In this document: in pieces, positions 48,475-58,200 of the stretch
How positions within the stretch are numbered: the first letter of the stretch is position 1
How the letters are laid out: the number at the start of each line of letters is the position of its first letter
DNA from: Eubacteriales bacterium
GTDB lineage: Bacteria; Bacillota; Clostridia; Oscillospirales; CAG-382
Length of the DNA stretch: 60,523 bases
Direction: 5' to 3'
NCBI GenBank assembly: GCA_045657245.1
Contig: JAZOSQ010000058.1
Location: 1-60,523, forward strand
Notes under the pieces: model-generated
Databases searched by the model: none
The model's input: the letters and a program-made list of their open reading frames with translations, nothing else
What the model was told of the DNA's origin: nothing
Program-made: the position numbers and the translations under genes

Positions 48475-49776
48475 TTATTCTTGATCTTCTTTTGTTTCTT
48501 CTCGGTTCATTTCGTCAATGGACACGGTTACGCTATGCTGGATAGGGGTCCATTCAACCTTCTTGAAAAGCGCTGCGATTGCGATTGGCGCATAAGAAAG
48601 CATAAAGATCGGGAACGTGAAGAGATATTTTATCATCTTTTTCGGCGGGCAATCGATTACATCCCATTCGGTAATGACCGTTATGAAGCCAACGACAAAG
48701 ATTAGCATATAAATGATCATACAGAAATAGAGGACCGGAAGCATACAGAAATAGAAGAAGTTGAAAAACACGGGGTTATCAACAAAAACGGTTACACCGT
48801 AGATAAATTCACCGATACAGCAAAGAACCGAGAGTATAGTGAACATAAGCGCAGGGAAAATTGTCATCAACATATCGTAGCAAGCGAAAGAACCCTTGAA
48901 AATTCGTTTAAAGAGCGATCCGCCGTATTTACCGAATACCTGATAGAAGCCCTTCGACCAACGCAAACGTTGGTTCCAAGACTGTTCGAAAGTTACGGGC
49001 TGTTCGTCATAAACGATAGATCCGCCACTATAACCGATGGTTTCACCCTGGATTGCCATATCAACCGAAAATTCGATATCTTCTGTGAGAAGATGGTATT
49101 TCCAACCATTGTTTCTCTCGATGATTTCACGGCTTATACAGAAGCCGGTACCAGAAATTGCACAAGATGTGCCGAAACGCATTCTTGCATTGTTAAGGTA
49201 CTTTGCTTCACGAAGGAACCAGAGAGAATAACCTGCGGTTATCCAGTTTGTGCCATAGTTTTTGGAGTTACGATAGCTTGTGAGAGCTTTATACCCCCTA
49301 TTGAAGTTTGTGTTCATCTCTTTGATAAAGTTCTTATCAACAAGGTTATCTGCGTCGAAGATTATGTACGCATCGCAATCATCTTTTTCTGCAAGAAGCT
49401 TTTTGAAAAGGAAGTCGAGCGCATAGCCCTTACCGACAAGTTCTTTATTATTTCTTTCAAGAACAATTGCACCATGCTGTCTGCCGACTTCAGCAGTATT
49501 GTCAGTACAGTTATCGGCGATCAAGAAAATCTTTATAAGTTCGCTGGGATAATCCTGACGGTTTATACTTTCAAGAAGGTGTCCGATAACATTTTCTTCG
49601 TTACGAGCACTGATTACAACACCGAATTTATTGAGTTTATCACTTTTTACGGGTTGCGATTTATCTTTTCCGAGAAAAACCCAGAAAATATAGAGGAATT
49701 GATAAAGATAGCAGATTATAAACGCACTGGTAAGAATTATATTACACAGTGTAAATATATCTTTAATATTATCCAC
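48475..49776 (-). CDS. Membrane-embedded family-2 glycosyltransferase, processive synthase type
   Basis: The 433-aa ORF has N- and C-terminal TMs and the D, DxD, D, QxxRW set (ISARNEE; FDADN; TEDIEFS; QRLRWSKG). It uses a GTG start 7 nt after GGAGG. Confidence 0.88.
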   Translation of the reverse strand: MDNIKDIFTLCNIILTSAFIICYLYQFLYIFWVFLGKDKSQPVKSDKLNKFGVVISARNEENVIGHLLESINRQDYPSELIKIFLIADNCTDNTAEVGRQHGAIVLERNNKELVGKGYALDFLFKKLLAEKDDCDAYIIFDADNLVDKNFIKEMNTNFNRGYKALTSYRNSKNYGTNWITAGYSLWFLREAKYLNNARMRFGTSCAISGTGFCISREIIERNNGWKYHLLTEDIEFSVDMAIQGETIGYSGGSIVYDEQPVTFEQSWNQRLRWSKGFYQVFGKYGGSLFKRIFKGSFACYDMLMTIFPALMFTILSVLCCIGEFIYGVTVFVDNPVFFNFFYFCMLPVLYFCMIIYMLIFVVGFITVITEWDVIDCPPKKMIKYLFTFPIFMLSYAPIAIAALFKKVEWTPIQHSVTVSIDEMNREETKEDQE

Positions 49777-49809
49777 GGTAAAACCTCCGTTGGTATTTTA
49801 ATTTTAGGT

Positions 49810-49838
49810 ATTATACATCGTCCGACATTGAATGTCAA
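49810..49838 (-). promoter_or_regulatory. Consensus sigma-A promoter of the GT2 gene
   Basis: On the minus strand I read TTGACA (49838..49833), a 17-nt spacer, then TATAAT (49815..49810). Confidence 0.65.
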
Positions 49839-49851
49839 CACCAAAGGGTGT

Positions 49852-51048
49852 TTACAGACGTTCTGCAACCGCTTTGAGGAATCCTTCTGTATCGACCTGA
49901 GTTTTATTTTCGAGAGTCGAAATGAGATAAAGGTCCTTGGTCATAATACCGTTTTCTATAGTATCAATACAAGCGCGTTCGAGCTTATTTGCAAATTCGC
50001 AAAGTTCGGGGATTTCGTCAAGCTCGCCACGTTTTCTAAGCGCACCTGTCCAAGCGAAGATTGTTGCAACAGAATTTGTGCTTGTGTTCATACCCTTCAA
50101 ATGATTGTAATAATGGCGCTGAACTGTACCGTGAGCAGCTTCATATTCATACACACCATCAGGAGAAACGAGAACGCTCGTCATCATTGCAAGTGAACCG
50201 TATGCGGTAGAAACCATATCACTCATAACGTCACCGTCATAGTTTTTACAAGCCCAAATGAAACCGCCTTCGGAACGGATAACACGTGCAACCGCGTCAT
50301 CGATGAGGGTATAGAAATATTCAAGACCCGCTTTTTCGAAGCGTTCTTTATATTCGGTTTCATAGATTTCCGCGAAGATATCCTTGAAACGATGGTCATA
50401 GGTCTTGCTTATCGTATCCTTTGCGGAGAACCAAAGATCCATTCCGGTATCAAGAGCATAGTTGAAGCAGCTTCTTGCAAAGCCCTGAATGCTCTTATCC
50501 ATATTATGCATACCCTGTGCGATACCGTCGGTTTTGAAATCTTGGATAAGCGCACGGGTTTCGGTTCCGTCGGGTGCAGTAACAACAAGTTCTGCCTTCG
50601 AACCTGCTTGTACACGAAGCTCGGTCGCTTTATAGATATCACCATAAGCGTGACGTGCGATAGAAATGGGTTTTGTCCAATTGCGAACATAGGGAGGGAT
50701 CCCCTTCACGATTATCGGGGTACGGAAAACAGTACCATCGAGAATCGCGCGGATTGTCGCATTCGGGCTTTTCCACATCTGTTTCAAGTTATATTCGGTC
50801 ATACGAGCCGCGTTGGGTGTGATTGTAGCACATTTAACAGCAACACCGTATTTCTTGGTTGCGTTTGCAGAATCGACGGTTACCTGGTCGTCGGTTTCGT
50901 TACGGTGTTCAAGTCCGAGGTCATAATATTCGGTCTTGAGGTCGACATAGGGGAGAATCAGAATATCCTTTATCTGTTGCCAGATAATTCTTGTCATTTC
51001 GTCGCCGTCCATTTCGACGATCGGCGTTTTCATTACTATTTTAGACAT
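49852..51048 (-). CDS. icd: NADP-dependent isocitrate dehydrogenase (homodimeric, eukaryote-like subfamily)
   Basis: The N-terminus is [15 protein letters not shown] and the size is about 400 aa. The ATG at 51048 is preceded by AAAGGAG lying in the last codons of the aconitase gene. Confidence 0.92.
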   Translation of the reverse strand: MSKIVMKTPIVEMDGDEMTRIIWQQIKDILILPYVDLKTEYYDLGLEHRNETDDQVTVDSANATKKYGVAVKCATITPNAARMTEYNLKQMWKSPNATIRAILDGTVFRTPIIVKGIPPYVRNWTKPISIARHAYGDIYKATELRVQAGSKAELVVTAPDGTETRALIQDFKTDGIAQGMHNMDKSIQGFARSCFNYALDTGMDLWFSAKDTISKTYDHRFKDIFAEIYETEYKERFEKAGLEYFYTLIDDAVARVIRSEGGFIWACKNYDGDVMSDMVSTAYGSLAMMTSVLVSPDGVYEYEAAHGTVQRHYYNHLKGMNTSTNSVATIFAWTGALRKRGELDEIPELCEFANKLERACIDTIENGIMTKDLYLISTLENKTQVDTEGFLKAVAERL

Positions 51049-51049
51049 T

Positions 51050-52975
51050 TTATGCTCCTTTGGTATATTCAAGCAAACCGCCCGCGAGAATTATATCACG
51101 GTCACGTCCGGAAAGCGAGGAAACGAGTTTGATTTCCTTGCCGTTTGCAGAAAGAACGATTTCCTTACCCTCTTTGATGCATTCTCTAATATTTTCGATA
51201 ACGAGCGCATCACCGAGGTTTATGGAATCATAATCTTCTGCGTTTGCGAAGGTGAGGGGGAGAATACCTGCGTTTACAAGGTTTGCAGCGTGGATACGCG
51301 CAAAGCTCTTTGCTATAACGGCTTTTACACCGAGATAAAGCGGAACGAGAGCCGCGTGTTCACGAGAGCTACCCTGTCCATAGTTTTCGCCACCGATGAT
51401 TATACCGCCGTTCTTTTCCTTTGCACGAGCAGGAAATTCCTCGTCACAAACTTCAAAGCAGAAGTTGGAAAGATAAGGTATATTGGAACGATAAGGAAGT
51501 ATCTTCGCACCAGCAGGCATAATATGGTCTGTGGTGATATTATCGCCGACCTTAAGGATACATTCACATTCAACCGTCTGAGGAACGGGTTTGCTTTCGG
51601 GGAAGGGTTTTATGTTAGGACCACGAACGACTTCTACGGCAGGTGCGTCCTCAACGGAAGCAGGTTTGATTACCATATTATCGTTAATCGCAAACTTAAC
51701 GGGCATGGAAATTTCGGGCATTTCGCCAATTGTACGAGGATCGGTGAGAACACCTGTGAGTGCGGAAATTGCCGCTGTTTCGGGAGAAACAAGATATACC
51801 TGTGCATCCTTCGTACCGCTTCTTCCGAGGAAGTTACGGTTGAAGGTACGGAGGCTTACACCTGCGGATTGAGGAGATTGTCCCATACCGATACAAGGAC
51901 CGCAAGCACTTTCGAGAATTCTTGCGCCTGCATCGATCATCCAAGAAAGCGCACCGCATTCCGCAAGCATATTATAAACCTGCTTCGAGCCGGGAGCTAT
52001 CGACAAGCTTACGTCATCATGAACGGTCTTGCCTTTAAGTATATGAGCGACCTTCATAAGGTCTACGAAAGACGAGTTTGTACAAGAACCGATACAAACC
52101 TGATCAACCTTGATATTGCCGATTTCTTCGATGCTCTTTACGTTATCGGGGCTATGAGGACAAGCCGCCGCAGGAACGAGAGTCGAAAGGTCGATATCGA
52201 TCACGAGATCGTATTCTGCATCGGCGTCTGCGGAAAGTTCTACATATTGGTCTTCTCTTCCCTGCGCTGCAAGGAAAAGACGAGTGTTTTCGTCAGAGGG
52301 GAATACAGATGTGGAAGCACCCAATTCTGCACCCATATTAGTTATTGTTCCTCTTTCGGGAACGGTAAGAGTCTTTACGCCCTCTCCGCCGTATTCGATA
52401 ATTCTGCCGACACCGCCTTTTACGCTCAAACGGCGAAGGACTTCGAGAATTACGTCCTTTGCGGAAACCCAATCGTTGAGCTTACCTGTAAGATTTACTC
52501 TTACCATTTCGGGCATTGTTATATGATATGCACCGCCACCCATAGCAACAGCAACGTCAAGACCGCCTGCACCGAAAGCAAGCATACCCAAGCCACCGCC
52601 TGTGGGAGTATGGCTATCAGAACCGATCAAGGTCTTTCCGGGAACACCGAAGCGTTCGAGGTGGACCTGATGGCAGATACCGTTACCAGGACGGGAGAAA
52701 TACAATCCGTATTTCTTTGCGCAGGTACGGATATAAAGATGGTCATCGGCGTTCATAAAGCCGTTTTGAAGGGTATTATGGTCGATGTATGCAACCGAAA
52801 GTTCGGTCTTTACTCTCGGAATACCCATAGCTTCGAATTCGAGATATGCCATAGTACCAGTTGCGTCCTGGGTTAAGGTCTGGTCGATTCTGAGCCCGAT
52901 GGGAGTTCCTTTTATCATTTCACCTTCAACGAGGTGAGCTTTGATTATTTTCTGTGCAATAGTCAATCCTGACAT
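51050..52975 (-). CDS. Aconitate hydratase
   Basis: The 641-aa ORF has Fe-S ligand motifs (CIGSCTNSS; [10 protein letters not shown]) and a C-terminal swivel domain. Confidence 0.92.
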   Translation of the reverse strand: MSGLTIAQKIIKAHLVEGEMIKGTPIGLRIDQTLTQDATGTMAYLEFEAMGIPRVKTELSVAYIDHNTLQNGFMNADDHLYIRTCAKKYGLYFSRPGNGICHQVHLERFGVPGKTLIGSDSHTPTGGGLGMLAFGAGGLDVAVAMGGGAYHITMPEMVRVNLTGKLNDWVSAKDVILEVLRRLSVKGGVGRIIEYGGEGVKTLTVPERGTITNMGAELGASTSVFPSDENTRLFLAAQGREDQYVELSADADAEYDLVIDIDLSTLVPAAACPHSPDNVKSIEEIGNIKVDQVCIGSCTNSSFVDLMKVAHILKGKTVHDDVSLSIAPGSKQVYNMLAECGALSWMIDAGARILESACGPCIGMGQSPQSAGVSLRTFNRNFLGRSGTKDAQVYLVSPETAAISALTGVLTDPRTIGEMPEISMPVKFAINDNMVIKPASVEDAPAVEVVRGPNIKPFPESKPVPQTVECECILKVGDNITTDHIMPAGAKILPYRSNIPYLSNFCFEVCDEEFPARAKEKNGGIIIGGENYGQGSSREHAALVPLYLGVKAVIAKSFARIHAANLVNAGILPLTFANAEDYDSINLGDALVIENIRECIKEGKEIVLSANGKEIKLVSSLSGRDRDIILAGGLLEYTKGA

Positions 52976-54333
52976 GTTATATTATCCTTTCTGTCTTCAA
53001 GGTCTATATAAGGACGTCTGCCGTGGAAGGGACGGTATGCGGGACGCATTATGCGACGGCAGGTTATTATTTCTTCCAAACGGTGAGCACACCAACCCGA
53101 AAGACGCGCGAGTGCGAAGAGAGGAGTGAAAAGTTCTTCGGGTATGCCGAGCATACGGTAAACAAGACCTGAATAAAGGTCTACGTTAGCACAGATCGCG
53201 TTGCCGTCCTGCATTTTGTTCTGCAAAAGAACGGGAGCAAGACGTTCGACGGCATGGAGAAGTTCGAAATCGGCACGCATTCCGAAGGTGTCGCATTGTT
53301 CTTCAGCTGCCTTACGCAATACGGTCGCACGGGGGTCGCTCAAGGTATAAACAGCGTGTCCCATACCATAAATTAAGCCACTTCTGTCGCCTGCTTCACG
53401 GCTTAGGAGTTTTTGGAGATATGCTCTAATCTCGTCATCGTCTTTATAGTCACGGATGTTCGCCTTCAAATCGTCAAGCATACGAACGGTTTTGATATTC
53501 GCACCGCCGTGACGGGGGCCTTTGAGCGCACCGATACCTGCCGCTATCGCGGAGAAGGTGTCGGTTCCCGAAGACGTCAACGCGCGAACGGCGAAAGTGG
53601 AGTTATTACCACCGCCGTGTTCGGCATGGAGAATAAGGCATTTATCAAGCAATCTTGCTTCTTCGTGAGTGAATTTACGGTCAAAGCGCAACATCGAAAG
53701 AATATTTTCCGCCATACTCTGTCCGGGGATGGGAGAATGGAGGAAAAAGCTTTCATTATCGTAATAACGCTTTTTAACCTGATATGCAGCCGTCATAATC
53801 ATCGGCATACACGCAATTATAGAAAGTGATTGGCGAAGAACGTTTTCGACGGAGTTATCGTCGGGGTTTTCGTCATAGCTATACAACGCAAGAACGCTTC
53901 GAGCCAACTTGTTCATAATATCGGGGCTGGGCGCTCTCATAATCATATCTTCGATAAACGAAGAAGGCGGATCGCTGTATTCATCCATAATGGTTCCATA
54001 GAAATCGAGTTCTTCTTTTGTCGGAAGCGAACCGAAAAGAAGAAGCCACGATGCTTCGTCATAGCCGAAACGGTCGTGTTTATCGGTGGAATCGATAATG
54101 TCTTCGATATTGATACCGCGATAAGAGAGTTCACCTTCACAGGGGACACGTTCGTATTCATTGATAATATAACCGTGAACGTTACTAACTCTCGTTATAC
54201 CTGCGGGCACACCCGTACCGTCGGGGTTACGAAGACCTCGTTTTACGCCGTATTTTGTATAAAGTTTATCATCGAAAGCCGAATTCTCACGAAGAGATTC
54301 AGCAAGCATTTCGATATTCAATTTTGTGCTCAT
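52963..54333 (-). CDS. Citrate synthase (citrate/2-methylcitrate synthase family)
   Basis: The 456-aa ORF has catalytic regions LILHAEHGGGNNSTF and GMGHAVY. It overlaps the aconitase start by 13 nt. Confidence 0.9.
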   Translation of the reverse strand: MSTKLNIEMLAESLRENSAFDDKLYTKYGVKRGLRNPDGTGVPAGITRVSNVHGYIINEYERVPCEGELSYRGINIEDIIDSTDKHDRFGYDEASWLLLFGSLPTKEELDFYGTIMDEYSDPPSSFIEDMIMRAPSPDIMNKLARSVLALYSYDENPDDNSVENVLRQSLSIIACMPMIMTAAYQVKKRYYDNESFFLHSPIPGQSMAENILSMLRFDRKFTHEEARLLDKCLILHAEHGGGNNSTFAVRALTSSGTDTFSAIAAGIGALKGPRHGGANIKTVRMLDDLKANIRDYKDDDEIRAYLQKLLSREAGDRSGLIYGMGHAVYTLSDPRATVLRKAAEEQCDTFGMRADFELLHAVERLAPVLLQNKMQDGNAICANVDLYSGLVYRMLGIPEELFTPLFALARLSGWCAHRLEEIITCRRIMRPAYRPFHGRRPYIDLEDRKDNITCQD

Positions 54334-54350
54334 TTATAAAACCCTTTCAA

Positions 54351-55118
54351 TCAGGATATAGATGCAGTTTCCGCCAAAAGTTCTTTCATTGAATAGAAAC
54401 CTTTGCCCTTTTCGGAGAGATATTCTGCTGCTTTGAGCGCACCTTCTGCGAACAACGCACGGCTTTCCGCGGTATGCTTCAAGCTTACGGTTTCGCCGTT
54501 ACGACTTAACAACACTTCGTGTTCGCCAAAGATTCCGCCACAGCGAACCGAAGAAATGCCGATTTCGTTATCGGGACGAACGATACGGCGAGAGCTTCTG
54601 TCGGTGACAAACTCTGTGCCGTCGGGCATAAGCTCGCTGATTTCTTCTGCAATCATAAGTGCAGTTCCGCTCGGAGCATCAAGCTTGTTGCGGTGATGCT
54701 TTTCGATAATCTCGATATCACAGTCTCCGCCAAGTGCAATAACAGCACTCCGGCAAAGGTTTATGAGAAGATTGATTCCAAGCGACATATTACGAGAGAA
54801 GAAAACGGGATATTCATTTGAAAGCGCACGAAGCATAGAAAGTTCGCTTTCTGTATGTCCGGTCGAAGCAACAACACAAGGTGTTCCCGTCTTGCGAACA
54901 AAATCGCAGATATCGGGAAGTGCTGTATGATGGGAAAAATCGACGATAACGTCTGCTTTTTCGGTTACATCGGAAAGAGAGTTATAAAAAGGGATTCCTT
55001 CAGGAACGTTTCCGCTGAAAACATCCACAGCAGCAACAACAGAAACACCCTTCGCATTTGCGGCAGCGATAACTTCCCTGCCCATTCTTCCGCAAGCACC
55101 GTTAACAATAATCTTCAT
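54351..55118 (-). CDS. dapB: 4-hydroxy-tetrahydrodipicolinate reductase
   Basis: The 255-aa ORF has an N-terminal Rossmann fold (KIIVNGACGRMG) and the EKHHRNKLDAPSGTA motif. Confidence 0.94.
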   Translation of the reverse strand: MKIIVNGACGRMGREVIAAANAKGVSVVAAVDVFSGNVPEGIPFYNSLSDVTEKADVIVDFSHHTALPDICDFVRKTGTPCVVASTGHTESELSMLRALSNEYPVFFSRNMSLGINLLINLCRSAVIALGGDCDIEIIEKHHRNKLDAPSGTALMIAEEISELMPDGTEFVTDRSSRRIVRPDNEIGISSVRCGGIFGEHEVLLSRNGETVSLKHTAESRALFAEGALKAAEYLSEKGKGFYSMKELLAETASIS

Positions 55119-55140
55119 AGCTTTTATATTCTTTCGTTTA

Positions 55141-56034
55141 TTATTTAATAAGTCCCTGTTCGCGCATCAATGCAAACAGTTTTTCGTCATCCTTTGCGTC
55201 CATAGGGCAAAGAGGCATACGGAATTCGTTTTCGCAATAGCCCATTTTTGCAACAGCGGTCTTTACGGGAATGGGGTTAACCTGCATAAAGAGACCATTC
55301 ATAAGACGGAGATATTTAAGCTGGAGTTCTGCTGCGGTCTTGAAGTCGCCATCCAAGCAGAGACGTGCGATACGTGCAGCTTCTCCGGGCATTACGTTCG
55401 AGAATACGGAAATTACACCGATTGCGCCCATACTCATAAGAGGAACGATCTGCTGATCGTCGCCGCTGTACATATGGATATCGTTACCGCAAGCTTCGAG
55501 AACTTCCATCATAAGAAGAAGGTTGCCGCTTGCTTCTTTGGTTGCAACGATATTGGGATGTTTTGCAATCTGTTTATACGCGTCAAGAGAAATACAGAAT
55601 CCGGTTCTTGCAGGAACGTTATAAACGATACAGGGAACGTTCACAGAGTCTGCAACGGTATTGAAATGCTTTACGATACCGTTTTGGGAACACTTATTGT
55701 AATAGGGTGTAACGAGAAGCAATCCGTCCGCACCCGCACGTTCCGCAAACTTCGAAAGTTCGACAGCGTATTGAGTATTATTCGAGCCGGTACCTGCAAT
55801 AACAGGAACACGGTGGTTTACCTTTTCAATACAGAATTCAACGACTCTCTTATGTTCATCATCATCCAACGTTGCGGGTTCGCCCGTTGTACCGCAGATG
55901 ACGAGAGCATTGATTCCTCCTGCGATTTGGAATTCCAAAAGACCTTCGAGTGCTTTATAATCAACGGCACCGTCTTTGAAAGGAGTGATAAGCGCAGTAG
56001 CAGCGCCTGTGAAGATAGGGGTATTTGTAGACAT
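55141..56034 (-). CDS. dapA: 4-hydroxy-tetrahydrodipicolinate synthase
   Basis: The 297-aa ORF has the CGTTGEPATL motif and a DapA-like sequence throughout. Confidence 0.95.
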   Translation of the reverse strand: MSTNTPIFTGAATALITPFKDGAVDYKALEGLLEFQIAGGINALVICGTTGEPATLDDDEHKRVVEFCIEKVNHRVPVIAGTGSNNTQYAVELSKFAERAGADGLLLVTPYYNKCSQNGIVKHFNTVADSVNVPCIVYNVPARTGFCISLDAYKQIAKHPNIVATKEASGNLLLMMEVLEACGNDIHMYSGDDQQIVPLMSMGAIGVISVFSNVMPGEAARIARLCLDGDFKTAAELQLKYLRLMNGLFMQVNPIPVKTAVAKMGYCENEFRMPLCPMDAKDDEKLFALMREQGLIK

Positions 56035-56077
56035 AGTTCTTTCCTCCGAACATGAACTCCATAAAATTATTCAGTAT

Positions 56078-56106
56078 ATTCTAACACTCTTGACATTAAA
56101 TGTCAA
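56078..56106 (-). promoter_or_regulatory. Candidate dapA promoter
   Basis: On the minus strand I read TTGACA (56106..56101), a 17-nt spacer, then TAGAAT (56083..56078). The -35 is one arm of a 17-bp perfect palindrome. Confidence 0.55.
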
Positions 56107-56144
56107 TAAAAAGCATCAACAAATGATGCGTTTTTCGAAAAGTA

Positions 56145-56173
56145 TTGACTTTATCTTATGGGAATTTTATAAT
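56145..56173 (+). promoter_or_regulatory. Candidate pepP promoter
   Basis: TTGACT (56145..56150), a 17-nt spacer, then TATAAT (56168..56173). Confidence 0.6.
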
Positions 56174-56207
56174 TATAGAGAAATATAGCTTATATACAGA
56201 GGTTTTT

Positions 56208-57287
56208 ATGAACGGAAGAAAGGTTTTCGAGGACATCAAAGCAAACGGTTTTGACTGTGCTTTATTCCTCGATGAAACGAGTCAATATTATCTCAGCGAT
56301 TTCTATTCGACCGACGGAGCGCTTATCGTTTCGGAAAAGGAAACGGCATTGTTCGTTGATTCGAGATATTTCGAAGCCGTTGACAACGACAAAAAGGCAG
56401 GAAAACTCACCGACGACGTCACACCCTATTTGTTCAGACAGAATATTTTTGAGGTTATTGCCGAATATCTCGTTTCGGTCGGTGCAAAAAAGGTTTGCCT
56501 TGACGCAGGTTTGATTACCGTTAAGCAGTTGAACAAGCTTAACGAAAAATGCGAAGGTATTGAATTTGGTTATCTTTCCGACGTTTGTCTTGCTCACAGA
56601 AGGGTTAAAACAGCGAAAGAAGTTGAAAAGATTCGCAAAGCACAAGATATTACCGACAAGGCGTTTTCACATATACTCTCCTTCATCAACAAGGACAGGA
56701 CCGAAGTTGAGGTTGCGGCAGAGCTTGAATATTTCATGCGCAAAAACGGTGCATCGGGCTTGGCTTTCGAAACAATTTCGGTTTCGGGAAAGAACTCTTC
56801 CCTTCCGCACGGTGTGCCTACAACGGAAAAATTAACCGAAAATTCGTTTCTTACTATGGACTACGGCGCTAAATTCGAAGGTTATTGCTCGGATATGACA
56901 AGAACCGTTGTCCTTGGAAAAGCCGACGAGGAGATGAAACGTATTTACAACACCGTTCTCACCGCACAGAGCGAAGCGATGAAATATATAAAAGCAGGCG
57001 TTTCCTGCGCTTCCGCGGACAAGGTTGCACGTGACGTTATCACAGACGCAGGCTACGGTGAATATTTCGGTCATTCGCTCGGTCATTCTTTGGGGCTTGA
57101 AATACACGAGCTTCCCGGTGTTTCTCCGAAAAGCGAGGACACGCTTGTTGCCGGCAACATCGTGACTGTTGAACCCGGTATCTACATTCCCGGAAAATAC
57201 GGGGTTCGTATCGAAAATATGGTTTTGGTTACCGAAAACGGTTGCGAAAATCTTACAAACAGTGATAAGTCGCTTATTGAGCTTTGA
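56208..57287 (+). CDS. pepP: M24-family Xaa-Pro aminopeptidase/dipeptidase
   Basis: The metal-ligand motif HSLGHSLGLEIHE is present. The ATG at 56208 follows AGAGG. The ORF-track start at 56145 coincides with the promoter -35 and is rejected. The pepP-efp pairing is conserved in Firmicutes. Confidence 0.88.
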   Translation: MNGRKVFEDIKANGFDCALFLDETSQYYLSDFYSTDGALIVSEKETALFVDSRYFEAVDNDKKAGKLTDDVTPYLFRQNIFEVIAEYLVSVGAKKVCLDAGLITVKQLNKLNEKCEGIEFGYLSDVCLAHRRVKTAKEVEKIRKAQDITDKAFSHILSFINKDRTEVEVAAELEYFMRKNGASGLAFETISVSGKNSSLPHGVPTTEKLTENSFLTMDYGAKFEGYCSDMTRTVVLGKADEEMKRIYNTVLTAQSEAMKYIKAGVSCASADKVARDVITDAGYGEYFGHSLGHSLGLEIHELPGVSPKSEDTLVAGNIVTVEPGIYIPGKYGVRIENMVLVTENGCENLTNSDKSLIEL

Positions 57288-57311
57288 TTTTGTGTTCAGA
57301 ATAATTAATAC

Positions 57312-57340
57312 TTGACAAAAAGCGAGTATTATAATAAAAT
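57312..57340 (+). promoter_or_regulatory. Candidate efp promoter
   Basis: TTGACA (57312..57317), a 17-nt spacer, then TAAAAT (57335..57340). Confidence 0.4.
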
Positions 57341-57395
57341 ACAAGGTAGAAAATAATTGTCTTGACGTATAGACATAAATTTAGGAGGAAACAAT

Positions 57396-57953
57396 ATGAT
57401 TTCTGCAGGCGATTTCAAAAACGGCATTACTTTCGAAATGGAAGGCCAGCTTATGCAGGTTATCGAATTCCAGCACGTTAAACCCGGTAAAGGTGCGGCA
57501 TTCGTAAGAACTAAAATGAGAAACATCATTTCCGGCGCGGTTATCGAAACTTCTTTCAACCCCACCGCTAAATTCCCTCAGGCGATGGTAGAAAGAAAGG
57601 AAATGGAATACAGCTACACCGACGGCGATCTTTACTACTTCATGGATCCCGAAACCTTCGACCAGGTTCCCCTCAACGAAGACAAGCTTCCCGATAGCTT
57701 TAAGTTCGTTAAGGAAGGCATGACTTGTAAGCTTATGTCTTATAAGGGCAACGTATTCTCTCTCGAACCCCCGATGTTCGTTGATCTTGAAGGTACCGCT
57801 ACCGAACCCGGTGTTAGGGGGAACACTGCTACCAACGTAACAAAACCCGCTACCGTTGAAACCGGCGCTGAAGTTAAGGTTCCGATCTTCATCAACGAAG
57901 GCGACGTTATTAAGATTGACACCAGAACCTGCGAATATCTCGAAAGAGTATAG
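57396..57953 (+). CDS. efp: Elongation factor P
   Basis: The 185-aa ORF has the [15 protein letters not shown] loop, and an AGGAGG RBS lies upstream. Confidence 0.97.
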   Translation: MISAGDFKNGITFEMEGQLMQVIEFQHVKPGKGAAFVRTKMRNIISGAVIETSFNPTAKFPQAMVERKEMEYSYTDGDLYYFMDPETFDQVPLNEDKLPDSFKFVKEGMTCKLMSYKGNVFSLEPPMFVDLEGTATEPGVRGNTATNVTKPATVETGAEVKVPIFINEGDVIKIDTRTCEYLERV

Positions 57954-57965
57954 TCGCTACGCTCT

Positions 57966-57994
57966 CAATCAAAAACAAGTTTTTGATTGTTTTT
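57966..57994 (+). terminator. efp terminator
   Basis: A stem (CAATCAAAAAC / GTTTTTGATTG) is followed by TTTTT. Confidence 0.78.
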
Positions 57995-58200
57995 CTTGAA
58001 CATTGTACGCTCGCGCCTCGCGCCTCGCATTTCACCCCACAAAACAAGTTTTGCGGGGACCCCGTAGCTCGACACTCGCAATGTTCATAGGTATAAAAAT
58101 CGACGCGCATGTCGCCGATTTTTATAGAGTTTTTATTGTATTTATTTACGGATATTACAATGAATAATTCGTGGTGAAAAGGTTGAAATTATATTCAGAC

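Noticed and set aside
49837-49852. A small hairpin, AACACC-AAAG-GGTGTT, at the icd stop codon as an icd terminator.
   Set aside because: It has only a 6-bp stem, no U-run follows on the minus strand, and it overlaps the -35 of the GT2 promoter. At best it is a weak pause site.
56035-56207. A lysine (L-box) riboswitch, as expected upstream of dapA.
   Set aside because: Two back-to-back promoters occupy the divergent gap, leaving a dapA leader of only about 40 nt. An L-box needs about 180 nt, and none of its conserved helices are visible.
57910-58110. A 66-aa minus-strand ORF in the efp downstream spacer, and a 70-aa minus-strand ORF at 59705..59917.
   Set aside because: Both lie entirely in repeat- and hairpin-rich spacers. 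They overlap terminators or the efp 3' end, have no RBS and have odd composition. I treat them as non-coding.
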